Below are positions 39,188-50,670 of a stretch of 64,000 bases of DNA, one piece after another; position 1 is the stretch's first letter; each line of letters opens with the position of its first letter. Under the pieces are notes generated by a model. That model made no database searches. It worked only from the letters and a program-made list of their open reading frames with translations, and was not told the origin of the DNA. The position numbers and the translations under genes were made by a program. Source of the DNA: Heptranchias perlo (taxonomy: Eukaryota); contig NC_090358.1 in the NCBI RefSeq assembly GCF_035084215.1, positions 6,882,001 to 6,946,000 of the forward strand. The letters are read 5' to 3'.

Positions 39188-39415
39188 TAGTCACTAACTA
39201 ATCCAATGGGGAATTCTGGAGAAACTTCTTTACCCAGAGAGTGGTTAGAATGTGGAACTCGCTCTCACAAGTAGTTGAGGCGAATGGCTTCAAACACACG
39301 AGGGGAAAAGGGATAGGGTTAGATGAAGTAGGGAGGGAGGAGGCTGGTGTGGAAAATTAACATGGGCTGGACCGAATGGCCTGTTTCTGTACTGTACATT
39401 CTGTGTAACTCTATG
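39188..39415 (+). mobile_element. CR1 LINE 3' end, right part of the host element split by R2
   Basis: Resumes at TAGTCACTAA...GAAACTTCTTTACCCAGAGAGTGG, collinear with the copy at 2122-2395. Confidence 0.88.
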
Positions 39416-42400
39416 ACAGTGGCTGGATTTGATGCTATATCCTAGAGGTGAAAACCCAGTGTCTAACTCGTCCCCACCAGCCAGTTTCCCCCAGCCGCTC
39501 AATTTTTGATGGTAAATTGGCGATCACACTGAGGCTCCACAAAGTGGCAGACATGGAAATGAAGAAAATGTCACACTGGGCACCGCAGAAGGGGGCACTA
39601 TACTGAAGCACATTGTTGGGCAGAGTGATATGTACCCGAGCTAGGAGCACTTGGTGCTGACAAGTCAGGGCCGGAAATGGAAAGTGATCCATTTTCCAGC
39701 ATTGCTATGCTTCACCTCCTACGAGCAAAGTGAGACGACACAAATCCCGAAACTGGGATCATCGATGAAGACAAGTTGTTCAGATGCACCCCTGAAGACA
39801 GAAGGGGCATAGGTGAATTGGGACTGATGTTTGTGGGGTCTAATAACCTTGTCCTGTTTCGAAAAATTTTGATTCTTAACTTTTAGAACTAACATCAAAC
39901 CTTGCACCAGAGGTGGCTGGTTTGATTTGCCATGAAAGCAACAAGCAACTGGAAATCCTGCTCCATGTCCATCCACTCCCGAGACAACCTGGTCAAAACC
40001 CAGTGCCATCCAGCCTGACTGCAACTCAAACCTGGGTCTCTAAGCCCAATCCCAACACCAAGCAGTTTGCGGTTACCTGCTCAACTTACTCAAATTCACC
40101 AACCCATTGGAGCGCCCAACAATTCTGGACGATGGCCGCAGATCCCCTTAAGTCTCCGCTCCCCGGAACACCCAATCGGTCCCAAGCTAAACAGCCTCAA
40201 ATCAGTGCCCATCGCCACGATCTCTCAGCAGAAAACACAAAGGTCCCTGAGCCAGAAACAGGACAAACCAATATTCAGACTCTGTATTCAGGTCTCTGTT
40301 TGCCTGCACAACAGTCACTGCACATCAAAAACAAAACATGGGACTGTGGGTTGGGATGGTAAGAAAGAACGTGTGTTTATTTAGCACCTTTCACAACCTC
40401 AGGACATTCCAAAACGCTTTACAGCCAATGAAGTACTTTTGACGTGTGGTCACTGTTGTAATTTAGGAAACGTGGCAGCCAATTTGCGCACAGCAAGGTC
40501 CCACAAGCAGCAATGTTAACAATGACCAGATAATCTGTTTTTAGGAGTTGACTGAAGGATAAATATTGGCCAGGCCACCGGGGAGAACCCCCCAGCTCTT
40601 CTTCGAATAGTGACGGGGGATCTTTAGGCCTTCAGGCCTTATCCAAATAGCAGTCTCTGAGCGAGCAGCACTTTCTCGGTGCAGAGTGTCACAATAGAAG
40701 GGCAAGCATAAGAAAAAAAAATGGACACCGAGCAAGGTACAAGAGGGATGCCTGTTCCTGTGGGACCAAACCCTAGCAAGAGTCTGTGCTTTCAGGAAAA
40801 GAGAGGGGAGAAAATTGGGGCGGGGAAAAGAGTTAACCTTTAGCTAGTTAGAAACCAGGTGTGCTGAGGGTCAGTCTGTCCTGGATTGAGACTGGCCAAA
40901 CTCAACGAGCTATTTAAACAGTGAGAGATCAGGTCTTCATGCAGCTAGGGCACAGCTGCATTTCTTTCTCTCTCCTCTCCCCCCCCCACCCCGCCCTCCA
41001 CAAGTGAAAGGCTAGAGTCCCCCACCCATAATACTGCATCCTAACACCCCAGCAAGCTCCCACTGAGTGAACTATGTTTCATACCACTCATCGAGGATTT
41101 CAGACCGAAAAAAAGCATTTTTGTGGTAAAATCACAAGTGCATTTGCAATGCAATTATTTCCCCTTTAGTGTTGACTTTTCAGTTTGCAGCCCTTTGGTG
41201 CAATGCAGATACAAGTTAGACAAAGTGAGGCTAGAACATGGAATGCATTACATTATAATAGTCTATTGAAGACAAGTCAGTTGGAGAGAGAGAATTAGAT
41301 AAACACTTGAGGGAAAATATTACAGGGCAACAGGAAAGAGCAGGGAACTGGGATTAGAGAATTCCAATGGGGGAGCTAACAATGGGCTAAGCAGCCTCTT
41401 GTGGGCTGAAATTTCTATTAATCTATAAAATGGCTTTAAATTAAAGAGTCAAAAAAACAGAATCCAGGCAAAGCATTTTCTCCTCTCCACACCCACCCCA
41501 ACTCAGAATGAACAGAAACCAGTTCCTAAACTATTCTTATATTTTTAAATTAAGCTAACCTTTACTGAAGTGAAATGAATCTGTACACTTACTACTTTCT
41601 CCATCATGCTTTGTTACTCCTAGTTTATGCTGGTTAGAGGCAGCCCTGAAGCAGACATTTTGTATAGAACTCATGCGACATCATTAATGGGGAATAATAC
41701 CCACAAACCACTGCCCCATTGATGAGGTCACAGGGGGAGGAAAAGAGAGATTTAACCTGCAGTTCCAACACGGCCTGTTAGAGAGTAACCGCCTTGTGCA
41801 GTTCCGTTCAGTTATGGGGGTCACAGAGACCAGGGAGGTCATAAGCCCCACCCGCACTGCTGCAATTGACCTCAGCACCTCTGAGCTAGACGGAAAACAA
41901 ACCAGCCAGGGTTCCTGCTCCTGAACTCTCTCCAATCAGCCCCCTCAGAATGCGTATCGTGTTGACGCTCTCAAGACTCACGTGAGAAAGGGGCAACTGA
42001 TCGAGGAACCAGAGGGCGGTTGGAATCAGTGGAACAGCATCACAGCGAGAGTCGGCAGGTTCAGTTATTGGAGAAATTTAGAAATTAAACATTAAAAAAA
42101 AAAGAAAATGAGGAGTGGCAGTCCACCGATCTCTCAACTTCATATCATTGCTCCAGCAAACATTATATATATAAACACTCCTTTTATCCCGGGAAAACGA
42201 GCATGGTTTCAACTGTTGGCTATAGAAGAATCATCTGCAATCTTAAATGCCAAGGAGTGTGGTGTCAGGGGATAGACCAGTATCAGCACCAAGGTCAGGT
42301 GCAGCACAGACTGGATACAGACTGCCTACAGCTCCCTCTACTGTGCCCCGACAATTTGCTTCAGTCCCTACCTCAAAGCAGCTTCTCCCGATTGCACCAG

Positions 42401-42916
42401 TGAGACATTTTCCCACAACAGCCATCCTGCAATCTCTCTCTCTCGCACACAGTTTCGTACTTTAGGCCCTTGCCCACCGAGAACCGGATTGGGACTGCCC
42501 CTAAACTATTGCACACAGCAGAGGGACAGTCCAGGGCTGCATTTGCACCCAGGTGCCCGGGGACAATAGGACCCAGTCCACCGCCCGCATGCCTTAAAAC
42601 GTGTTCAGGCTCCACCCGGTGGTTCAGTGGAGAAATACACCACCTGGTGCTGCACAGACCAGGAGAGTCCCGTATTCGATCCCAGGTCCGTGCGGAGTGA
42701 GCTGATCTCGGGCCGTGCCCGTACGCCACTTCCGCCCGCTTCCTAACCGGCCGATTCCATCGGCGAAAGCCAGAGGGATTAACCGTCCATTTTGTTGGTT
42801 CAGGAAAGGCACAGGGGATACCCGAGAACAACGGAAACGGGGAGAAACCAGTTCATTTGCAGCAATCTTGTTCATCTCTGCTGATGATTCCCGATGCTAA
42901 AGAATACTTTCTCCGA

Positions 42917-43120
42917 TCATTTACTGTCCTCTTGCAAATCAGCAGGCCAGTACCGGTCATCCATGTAGTGATTGACGTCAGAGTTTGTTTCAGAAGCCGT
43001 GTGTTCCTGTTCCGCCGACAACTGACTGCACAGTTTTTGTTCCCACGGGATCTCCACCAGTCGGTACAACTCCATCGAGGTGCAGGCATCCTCAACAGAA
43101 CAGTGCCCATCTCTGCCAAC
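42917..43120 (-). CDS. AEN: AEN coding exon 3
   Basis: VGRDGHCSVEDACTSMELYRLVE (ExoIII) and the AEN-type C-terminal YMDDRYWP motif; total 390 aa. Confidence 0.93.
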   Translation of the reverse strand, partial: VGRDGHCSVEDACTSMELYRLVEIPWEQKLCSQLSAEQEHTASETNSDVNHYMDDRYWPADLQEDSK

Positions 43121-43932
43121 CTGCCACAAGAGCGAATGATAGCAAATCAGGGGGGAAAGGTTTCCCTGACACCCACCTCCCCCTCCACATTTTCTCTCCT
43201 GAAGGCTGATTGCCGGTTCCAGCTTCCAGCCGGACACCCCCCCACTTCCAGTACCTTGTCCAAGTGCCCATTTTGCAAAGGCAAGGCTGGACAGTGAGTG
43301 GAGGCAGGCAATGCAACCGTGAGGGGCATCGTAGCGGAGGCCTTATCCCGTTCTCACTAGACACCCACACCCGTGCCGATGCCAGCAAAAGTCACTATCA
43401 GGAGCAGGAATCCTTTCCCCAACCCTAACCGATGCCAACTGTACCATCCCAACTGCTGCCTTGCCCAGGACCAACTAACCCGGCACAGACTGGGATTGGA
43501 CCTGGCACCCAGTGGTCTGTGTAACTCGGTGCCAAACGGCTGGGTTTATCTCTGGTGGTGCTGCTGGCTGCGCGAGACCTGTACGTTAGGGGCCGCTGGT
43601 TCTCATACAAGTGGCTCGAGACTGTCTCATCTTCAATCCACCTGCATCTCTGCTGCAGATGGTGTCGTAACTGCCGTATTCTGAAATTGCAAAGTTACAA
43701 CAGAGGGTGCAACACAGATAACATTGGTTCCTTATTGCCAAACAAACATCCTGCAGGATCACGATGCAGAACTGGATTTAATTATTGGCGTTGGCTGTTT
43801 GACACCAGGTCGCTGTTGAAAACAGCCGACCTACATGAGGAAAGCCTCGTGACTGAACATATCCCCTGAACAGCAGGGCAGTGATGCATGGATACATTAT
43901 ATAGAACAGTTTCGGGTGGTGCTGTTAGGTGA

Positions 43933-44330
43933 GTCAGCAATGGCCCTATCCGTAGCACTGAGCCAGAAGGTTGTGGGTTTAAGCCCCACTCCAGGACCTG
44001 AGCACGTAATCGAGGCTGACATTTCAGTGCAGTATCGAAGGGGTGCTGTATGTCGGAGGTGCTGGGTTTTATTTTTGGACAAGAAGTTAAACTGAGGCCC
44101 CGTCTGCCTGTTGAGGTGGACAGACCATTCAAAGCCCAGGGAGTTCTCCCACAGACTCGGCCAACATTTATCCCTCAACCAAAAAAAATAATCCACGGGC
44201 CACTTCTTTGTGGGAATTGGCTACTGCATTTACCTACATAACAGTGACTGTACATTAACAGTAACCCACTGGCTGTGAAGTGGGCATCGCAAGATTAAAA
44301 GCACGATATAAATGCAATTTATTTCTTTAT
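43933..44330 (+). mobile_element. Deu-domain SINE copy in AEN intron
   Basis: Collinear with the 10024-10475 copy. Confidence 0.7.
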
Positions 44331-44556
44331 TCTTGTAAATCTCAGCTGCAGGGCAAACTCCACGGCACGTGGACACTGCAGTTTTCTAATCGATGGACTT
44401 TCCTAGCTGGCTAGGGGAAGCACCAAGTAGGAAATGGAACCACATCGCCAGCCTGGGCGGGTCAAATACTCCAGCAGGGGAAAAGCTCTCACTCCCAACA
44501 GACAGCAGCTTAACTTAATTCCCGGAGCAAAAGAATCAGTCGGTTCTTGTACTCAC

Positions 44557-44757
44557 CTGGATGTTTTTGTGCAGAAGCTGCTTCGCCAGATTCTTCAGGG
44601 ACACGGACTCTCTTTCTGGAAACCCAGCCTTCCTCTTCAACATTGGAATTCTACTCGTGTCCCTCGTCAGAGATTTCGGGTGAAAATACTTCAGTGCTTT
44701 AAAGTCGTTGTGCAGTGCGTGACCCACCACAATTTTACCCTTCAGGATCTTCAATAT
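44557..44757 (-). CDS. AEN: AEN coding exon 2
   Basis: TTCCATTCAG| acceptor; [27 protein letters not shown]...LLHKNIQ; 201 nt; CAG|GTGAGT donor. Confidence 0.93.
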
Positions 44758-46434
44758 CTGAATGGAAACACAAGTTAGAAATGTAACTGTTGCAATAAAT
44801 TATGAATCTATCTGTCTGATTTAGTTTCCCCATCCCAAGTCAGTGTTGCACAGAGGGAGTTCCTTCATCGTCGCTGGGTCAAAATCTTGGAATACCCGAC
44901 ATAACAGCACTGTGGGAGCCCTTTCACCACACAGACTGCAGCGGTTCAAGAAGGCAGCTCACCACCACCTTCTCAAGGGCAACGAGGAATGGGCAATAAA
45001 TGCCGGCCTCGCCAGCGACGCCCACATCCAGAGAATGAATTTTTTAAAAAGTTATTTCTGTGCGGATGTGTCTGTATGGTCTTTTTTCCTGGCTGATAGT
45101 CACATCCTGCAACAAGATAGGTTATATTTCATTGACAGCACTGCCGACCACTGGGTTTTGTTTATTCCAATAAAAACATGGCGACAGCCCCCCCGCAGAC
45201 TCACCCTCCCTCCCTCCCTCCCTCGCAACCCCACCTCTATCCTGACCTTCAGACCCGGACGAATCCCTCCACGCACAGGCCCAGCCCCAATCAGGTCCAC
45301 ACCTGTCGCTGGAGTCGTGCTTACCTGCCTGACTGCTCCACTCCCCGAGAGACGTCACAAGACGACATTAATAAATGCTTAAAACAACAAACTTCTCCTA
45401 TTAACCTGCGTACGGTGTCAGAGTGTCTTATCGACACCGATATCACGATTTAAATTGTGAGCTTATTTTAGTTTCATTGGACTTGATGTTTAATTATATT
45501 AGTGGTGCCTCCTCAGTTTGAGGGGACGCTTGTACAGTTGCCTGTTAATGAGACTGGGGCAATCCAGCGGCACCTCTGTTGGTTCATTTAAAATAGGCAA
45601 CTGAAGCTCCTCCTTCTCTACAAACTCCACATTTAAATATCAAGGTGAATGACATCATCAGACAAGGTTCAACCTCAAAAGGACGATGTTTGTTTGTTAT
45701 AGTTGGATTTTTATAGTTATCAATTGAATTAGGAATTCAATGGGGAAATGTGTGCTCACCCTCCAGGGATCTGGGTTCCAAAAACTAGCAGATCCCTCCA
45801 GATATTCTCTCCATCCCAATTGTTCTTGACTCAATTTTATCGACACTATATTTTTGCTCGGAACGTTCCACTTTTGTTCCTCCCAAGCCTGAAGTACTCA
45901 ATCATACACACACTCTTCCTCCTCACTGGGTTAAGATCACCATCGCACCAGCTCCTAATATAACTCACACTTTGCAGGGACTTCAAATCTGAAAAACTCC
46001 TCAGTTTCCCCAACATTTTAAAACCCGAACTTGGTGTCAGCTAATCACTGCTTCTCCATTCGCTACATCATCTCTTCTACTCCTTGTCAACCTTGGTGCT
46101 CTGGGCTTTAGTCCTTCAAGTGGATTTTCAGTTTCAAAAAGACTGCGGCTGTAAACGCAGATAATTGATGTTGCACTGTTCATGTTATTTATGTAAAAAA
46201 TATCCCAGCAGCATTGTTGGCCCATCCTGCTTTTCCAAATACTGACTGACTTATGTTTGGCTCCTTTATCCCAAAAGCAGAACTGTAGATTCACAAACAC
46301 GGATCGGAATATTACAGGCATAAACTCCTGTGGCATTGCTCGTGGAGAATTGCCGTGTCGCTGTTTTATAACAATAGGTGTCGTACACAAAGCGTGACAG
46401 AGAAGCATTGCAGGAAGTAAACACGACACTTAAA

Positions 46435-46810
46435 AGAAAGACTTGAATTTATATAGCGCCTTTCACGACCTCAGGATGTCCAAAGCGCTTTACAGCCAAA
46501 TAGGTACCGCAAACAGCAATGTGATAATGACCGGATAATATGTTTTAGTGATGTTGGTTGAGGGATAAATATTGGCCTGGACACCGGGGAGAACTCCCCC
46601 GCTCTTCTTTTAAATAGTGCTACGGGATCTTTTACATCCATCTGAGAGTGCAGACGGAGCCTCAGTTTAACATCTCAGCTGAAAGACGGCATCTTCGGCA
46701 GTGCAGCACTCTCTCAGTATTGCACTGGGAGTGTCAGCCTAGATTTTGTGCTCAAGTCTCTGGACCCATGACCTTCTGACTCAAGGAGGTAAGAGTGATG
46801 CCAACTGCAC
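46435..46810 (-). mobile_element. Deu-domain SINE copy in AEN intron
   Basis: Collinear with the 10024-10475 copy; further partial copies at ~19140-19440, 40365-40690, 48405-48730 and 58700-59045. Confidence 0.75.
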
Positions 46811-46884
46811 TCTTACCTCTGAGTGCGTGCAGTACACAAGACTTAACACAGTCTATGGATCATTACATACTCCCGTTCACTCAC

Positions 46885-47652
46885 CTCCCTCTGTGCAACA
46901 CTGAACACGATGGCACTCGCCATGTGCTGCTTTCGGATGCCGCTCCACCGTGTCCGGTAGTCGGCGATGGGAAGCCCCGGCTTCACGTACTTGTCGTAGA
47001 CGACGTCGCCCTGATAGTTGACGATGCTGCACCTGGCCACTTCGCCGAGGCGCCCGCCGGGGCCTGTGCCCACCATCTCGCAGTCGATCGCCACGCACTT
47101 GGCGGCCTTGCGACAGAAGCTTGGCGGGCTCACTGGGCGGGGGGTCACCGCAGCCGCGGCCAGCGAGAGTTCACCGGGGTTCGCGAGAGCCAGTGCGTCT
47201 GCCATTTGTGCCGGGGGGTCCCTCTTGCTGGCGGACTTTGGAAATATGGTAGGGTGGCCGTTTTCCACTTTAGGCTGGGGGACACCAGACAAGGTGGAGT
47301 GATTCCCATCTACATCAGAACGGCACGGCCGCTCGGCTTTTCTAGACTGAACCGTGCAGTTTGGTTTCTTGGAGCGTGGGCGCCGAGGTCGGTCGGCCAG
47401 CCCTTCCTTCCCTTTGAACCGTCTCTTCTTCAGGATCCCTTCTCTCTCCAGAAACGCCTTCCGCTCCCGGAAGCGTTCGTGCCTCCGGCTCGGCTTCTTC
47501 TTGCGCTTCCCGGACCGGCTGTCGGAGCAGCCGGGGCCCGGCGTCGAGCCAGGCGTGCAGCCGAGGAACTGGGCCGAGCTGGAGAACCCGTGGAACCGCC
47601 GCCTGGCGGCCGGGGAAGCAAGGTCCACTCTCGCGTCGGCCACACTCGGCAT
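46885..47652 (-). CDS. AEN: Apoptosis-enhancing nuclease, coding exon 1
   Basis: Basic NLS/NoLS-like N-terminus ([28 protein letters not shown]) then [26 protein letters not shown]; acceptor at 47691-47692, in-frame TAA just upstream of the ATG; GAG|GTGAGT donor. Confidence 0.92.
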
Positions 47653-47789
47653 CTTTTAATCACAGCTGGAGTGCGGGGGCCTCTCGGAACCTGGAAAACA
47701 GAAGAAACTTTTAATCCCAGGGGAGAGTCGCAGCAATAATCTAACATGGTGCACCACAGAATGCTGACGCACGGTGCTGCACCTTTTTT

Positions 47790-48170
47790 TTAAAAATTCG
47801 TTCATGGGATGTGGGCGTCGCTGGCAAGGCTGGCATTTATTGCCCATCCCTAAATGCCCTTGAGAAGGTGGTGGTGAGGCGCCTTCTTGAACCGCTGCAG
47901 TCCGTGTGGTGAAGGTTCTCCCACAGTGCTGTTAGGAAGGGAGTTCCAGGATTTTGACCCAGCGACGATGGAGGAACGGCGATATATTTCCAAGTCGGGA
48001 TGGTGTGTGACTTGGAGGGGAACGCGCAGGTGGTGCTGATCCCATGTGCCTGCTGCCCTTGTCCTTCTAGGTGGTAGAGGTCGCGGGTTTGGGAGGTGCT
48101 GTCGAAGAAGCCTTGGCGAGTTGCTGCAGTGCATCCTGTGGATGGTTCACACTGCAGCCACAGTGCGCCA
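47790..48170 (-). mobile_element. 3' fragment of the same CR1-group LINE, in AEN intron 1
   Basis: MHCSNSPRLLRQHLPNPRPLPPRR..., near-identical to 8230-8600. Confidence 0.85.
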
Positions 48171-48821
48171 GTAGTTCATCACCCAGCGAGACCCTGATTT
48201 GAAACGTGCCACCCGTGGGAGGTGCTGATATAGAAAGAAAAAAGGCCCGATCGTTTGATCTACAATTGGGACCCTCAATGCCTCAGAGCTCTTGGGTTTG
48301 GGAAGGAAACGTCCGGTGCACATTAGCGATGCTAAACACTAGTAAATGGAATATTTCCCAGGAGCAGGCTCAACTATGCGTCTGCCCGGGGTTCAATAAG
48401 AATGTCAGCCTTGGCTCAGTCGGTAGCACTCTCACCCGAGTCAGAAAGTGGCGTGTTCAAGCCCCGCTTCAGGATTTGAGCTCCTAACCGCGGCTGGCAG
48501 GCCAGTGCAGTGGAGAGGGAGTGCTGCATTGTCAGGAGGTGCCGAGATGTTGCGTTAAACCAAGGCTCGGGTAGATGAGAAGATCCTGCGGCACTATTTG
48601 AAGAGCAGAGAAATGCCCTGGCCAACACGGCCAAAACCAAAAAAAAGAGATCATTAACGTCATCGGTGTTTGTGGGGTTTTGTCTGCAAAACAAGTGACA
48701 GCAATTCAAAAGTAATCTATGGTCTGCGCGCACTTTTGGATGTTTGCATTTATATAGCGCCTTTCACAACCTCACAAAGCGCTTTACAGCCAATGAATTA
48801 CTTTAAGCAGTGTTCAAGCCC

Positions 48822-49369
48822 CAGGTGAGGGGTCCGGGGAGTGGGACAGGTGAGGGGGCCGGGGAGTGGGACAGGTGAGGGGGCCGGGGAGTGGGACAGG
48901 TGAGGGGGCCGGGGAGTGGGACAGGTGAGGGGGCCGGGGAGTGGGACAGGTGAGGGGGCCGGGGAGTGGGACAGGTGAGGGGGCCGGGGAGTGGGACAGG
49001 TGAGGGGGCCGGGGAGTGGGACAGGTGAGGGGGCCGGGGAGTGGGACAGGTGAGGGGGCCGGGGAGTGGGACAGGTGAGGGGGCCGGGGAGTGGGACAGG
49101 TGAGGGGGCCGGGGAGTGGGACAGGTGAGGGGGCCGGGGGAGTGGGGCAGGTGAGGGGGCCCGGGGAGTGGGACAGGTGAGGGGGCCGGGGGAGTGGGGC
49201 AGGTGAGGGGGCCGGGGAGTGGGACAGGTGAGGGGGCCGGGGGAGTGGGGCAGGTGAGGGGGCCGGGGGAGTGGGGCAGGTGAGGGGGCCGGGGGAGTGG
49301 GGCAGGTGAGGGGGCCGGGGGAGTGGGGCAGGTGAGGGGGCCGGGGAGTGGGACAGGTGAGGGGGCCGG
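48822..49369 (+). repeat. G-rich ~25-bp minisatellite (GGGACAGGTGAGGGGGCCGGGGAGT) x ~22
   Basis: Direct reading; interrupts a minus-strand SINE (48745-48812 / 49370-49545). Confidence 0.95.
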
Positions 49370-49671
49370 AACATTCTCTGCTCTTCTTCCTGAGGGGGGC
49401 AGACGGGGTTTAACGTCTCATCTGAAAGTCGGCTCCTCCGGCAGTGCAGCGCTCCCCCAGAACTGCTCAAGGCTCGGGAGTGGGGCCCGAACCCACGACC
49501 CTCTGACTCAGAGGCGAGCGCGGGACTCGCTGAGCCACGGCGGACACCTAACGGAGGCTCGGGGCCTCAGCCTGTGGAATCTCCTCTTCCCCCCAGGAGA
49601 GAGAGGCCCCCGGGCCGGCCCGCTCACTGAGGCAGTGTCGCGAACTCTATTCCTGGGTTAGGATGATCCAG

Positions 49672-50395
49672 GCCCCCGGCCCCCCGCACTCCCCCGGCCC
49701 CCCGCACTCCCCCGGCCCCCCGCACTCCCCCGGCCCCCTCACCTGCCCCGATCCCCGGACCCCGGGCCCTCACCTGCCCCGATCCCCGGGCCCTCACCTG
49801 CCCCGATCCCCGGACCCCGGGCCCTCACCTGCCCCGATCCCCGGACCCCGGGCCCTCACCTGCCCCGATCCCCGGACCCCGGGCCCTCACCTGCCCCATT
49901 CCCCTGACCCCGGGCCCTCACCTGCCCCGATCCCCGGACCCCGGGCCCTCACCTGCCCCGATCCCCGGACCCCCTCACCTGCCCCATTCCCCGGGCCCCC
50001 TCACCTGCCCCACTCCCCGGGCCCCCTCACCTGCCCCACTCCCCGGGCCCCCTCACCTGCCCCATTCCCCGGGCCCCCTCACCTGCCCCATTCCCCGGGC
50101 CCCCTCACCTGCCCCATTCCCCTGACCCCGGGCCCCCTCACCTGCCCCACTCCCCGGGCCCCCTCACCTGCCCCATTCCCCGGGCCCCCTCACCTGCCCC
50201 ATTCCCCGGGCCCCGGGCCCCCTCACCTGCCCCATTCCCCTGACCCCGGGCCCTCACCTGCCCCGATCCCCGGGCCCCGGGCCCTCACCTGCCCCGATCC
50301 CCGGGCCCTCACCTGCCCCGATCCCCGGTCTCCGGGCCCTCACCTGCCCCGATCCCCGGACCCCGGGCCCTCACCTGCCCCGATCCCCGGTCTCC
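49672..50395 (-). repeat. 24-33 bp minisatellite (GGGGCAGGTGAGGG... on minus strand) x ~23, inverted relative to 48822-49369
   Basis: 23 TCACCTG cores counted between 49739 and 50377. Confidence 0.95.
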
Positions 50396-50670
50396 GGCCT
50401 CTCCGCTGCCGCCCGGCGCCACGTGTATCTCGGGCTCCACCTTCTCCTGCTGATTGGTCCATTCGCTTGCACCGTCCCGCCTCTCTCTCACTCTCATTGG
50501 CTGTACGGCAGCCACTGACAGACCAATCTAGCGTCTTATTGGCGGCAGTTTCTTTTAACGTCATAAAGGATGGCTGCGTCACAAGTGGGGGCGTTTAAAA
50601 AAGCGACAAGAGGCAACCGGAGCAGGGCGGATACTCGCGGGCCAACGACAGCGCCACCCAGCGGCCGGAG
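50375..50670 (-). promoter_or_regulatory. Probable AEN CpG promoter and non-coding first exon
   Basis: CpG-rich; CACGTG at 50420; four CCAAT/ATTGG boxes in 50452-50543; GC boxes; CTCF-like CAGCGCCACCCAGCGGCC at 50649-50666; first donor CAG|GTGAGG at 50375/50374. Confidence 0.65.

Noticed and set aside
42605-42710. tRNA gene (A/B-box-like TGGTTCAGTGG, TTCGATCCC); similar at ~26725-26800
   Set aside because: No cloverleaf; continues into a dispersed SINE body
46795-47739. 314-aa plus-strand ORF
   Set aside because: Antisense shadow of the GC-rich AEN coding exon
47693-50374. p53 response element in AEN intron 1 (AEN is a p53 target in human)
   Set aside because: No convincing paired RRRCWWGYYY half-sites seen by eye
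48822-50395. CRISPR-like array
   Set aside because: Tandem units without unique spacers; eukaryotic context
49663-50598. 311-aa Pro-rich ORF (+) and 218-aa Pro-rich ORF (48814-49470, -)
   Set aside because: Stop-free translations of GC-rich minisatellites; no domain evidence
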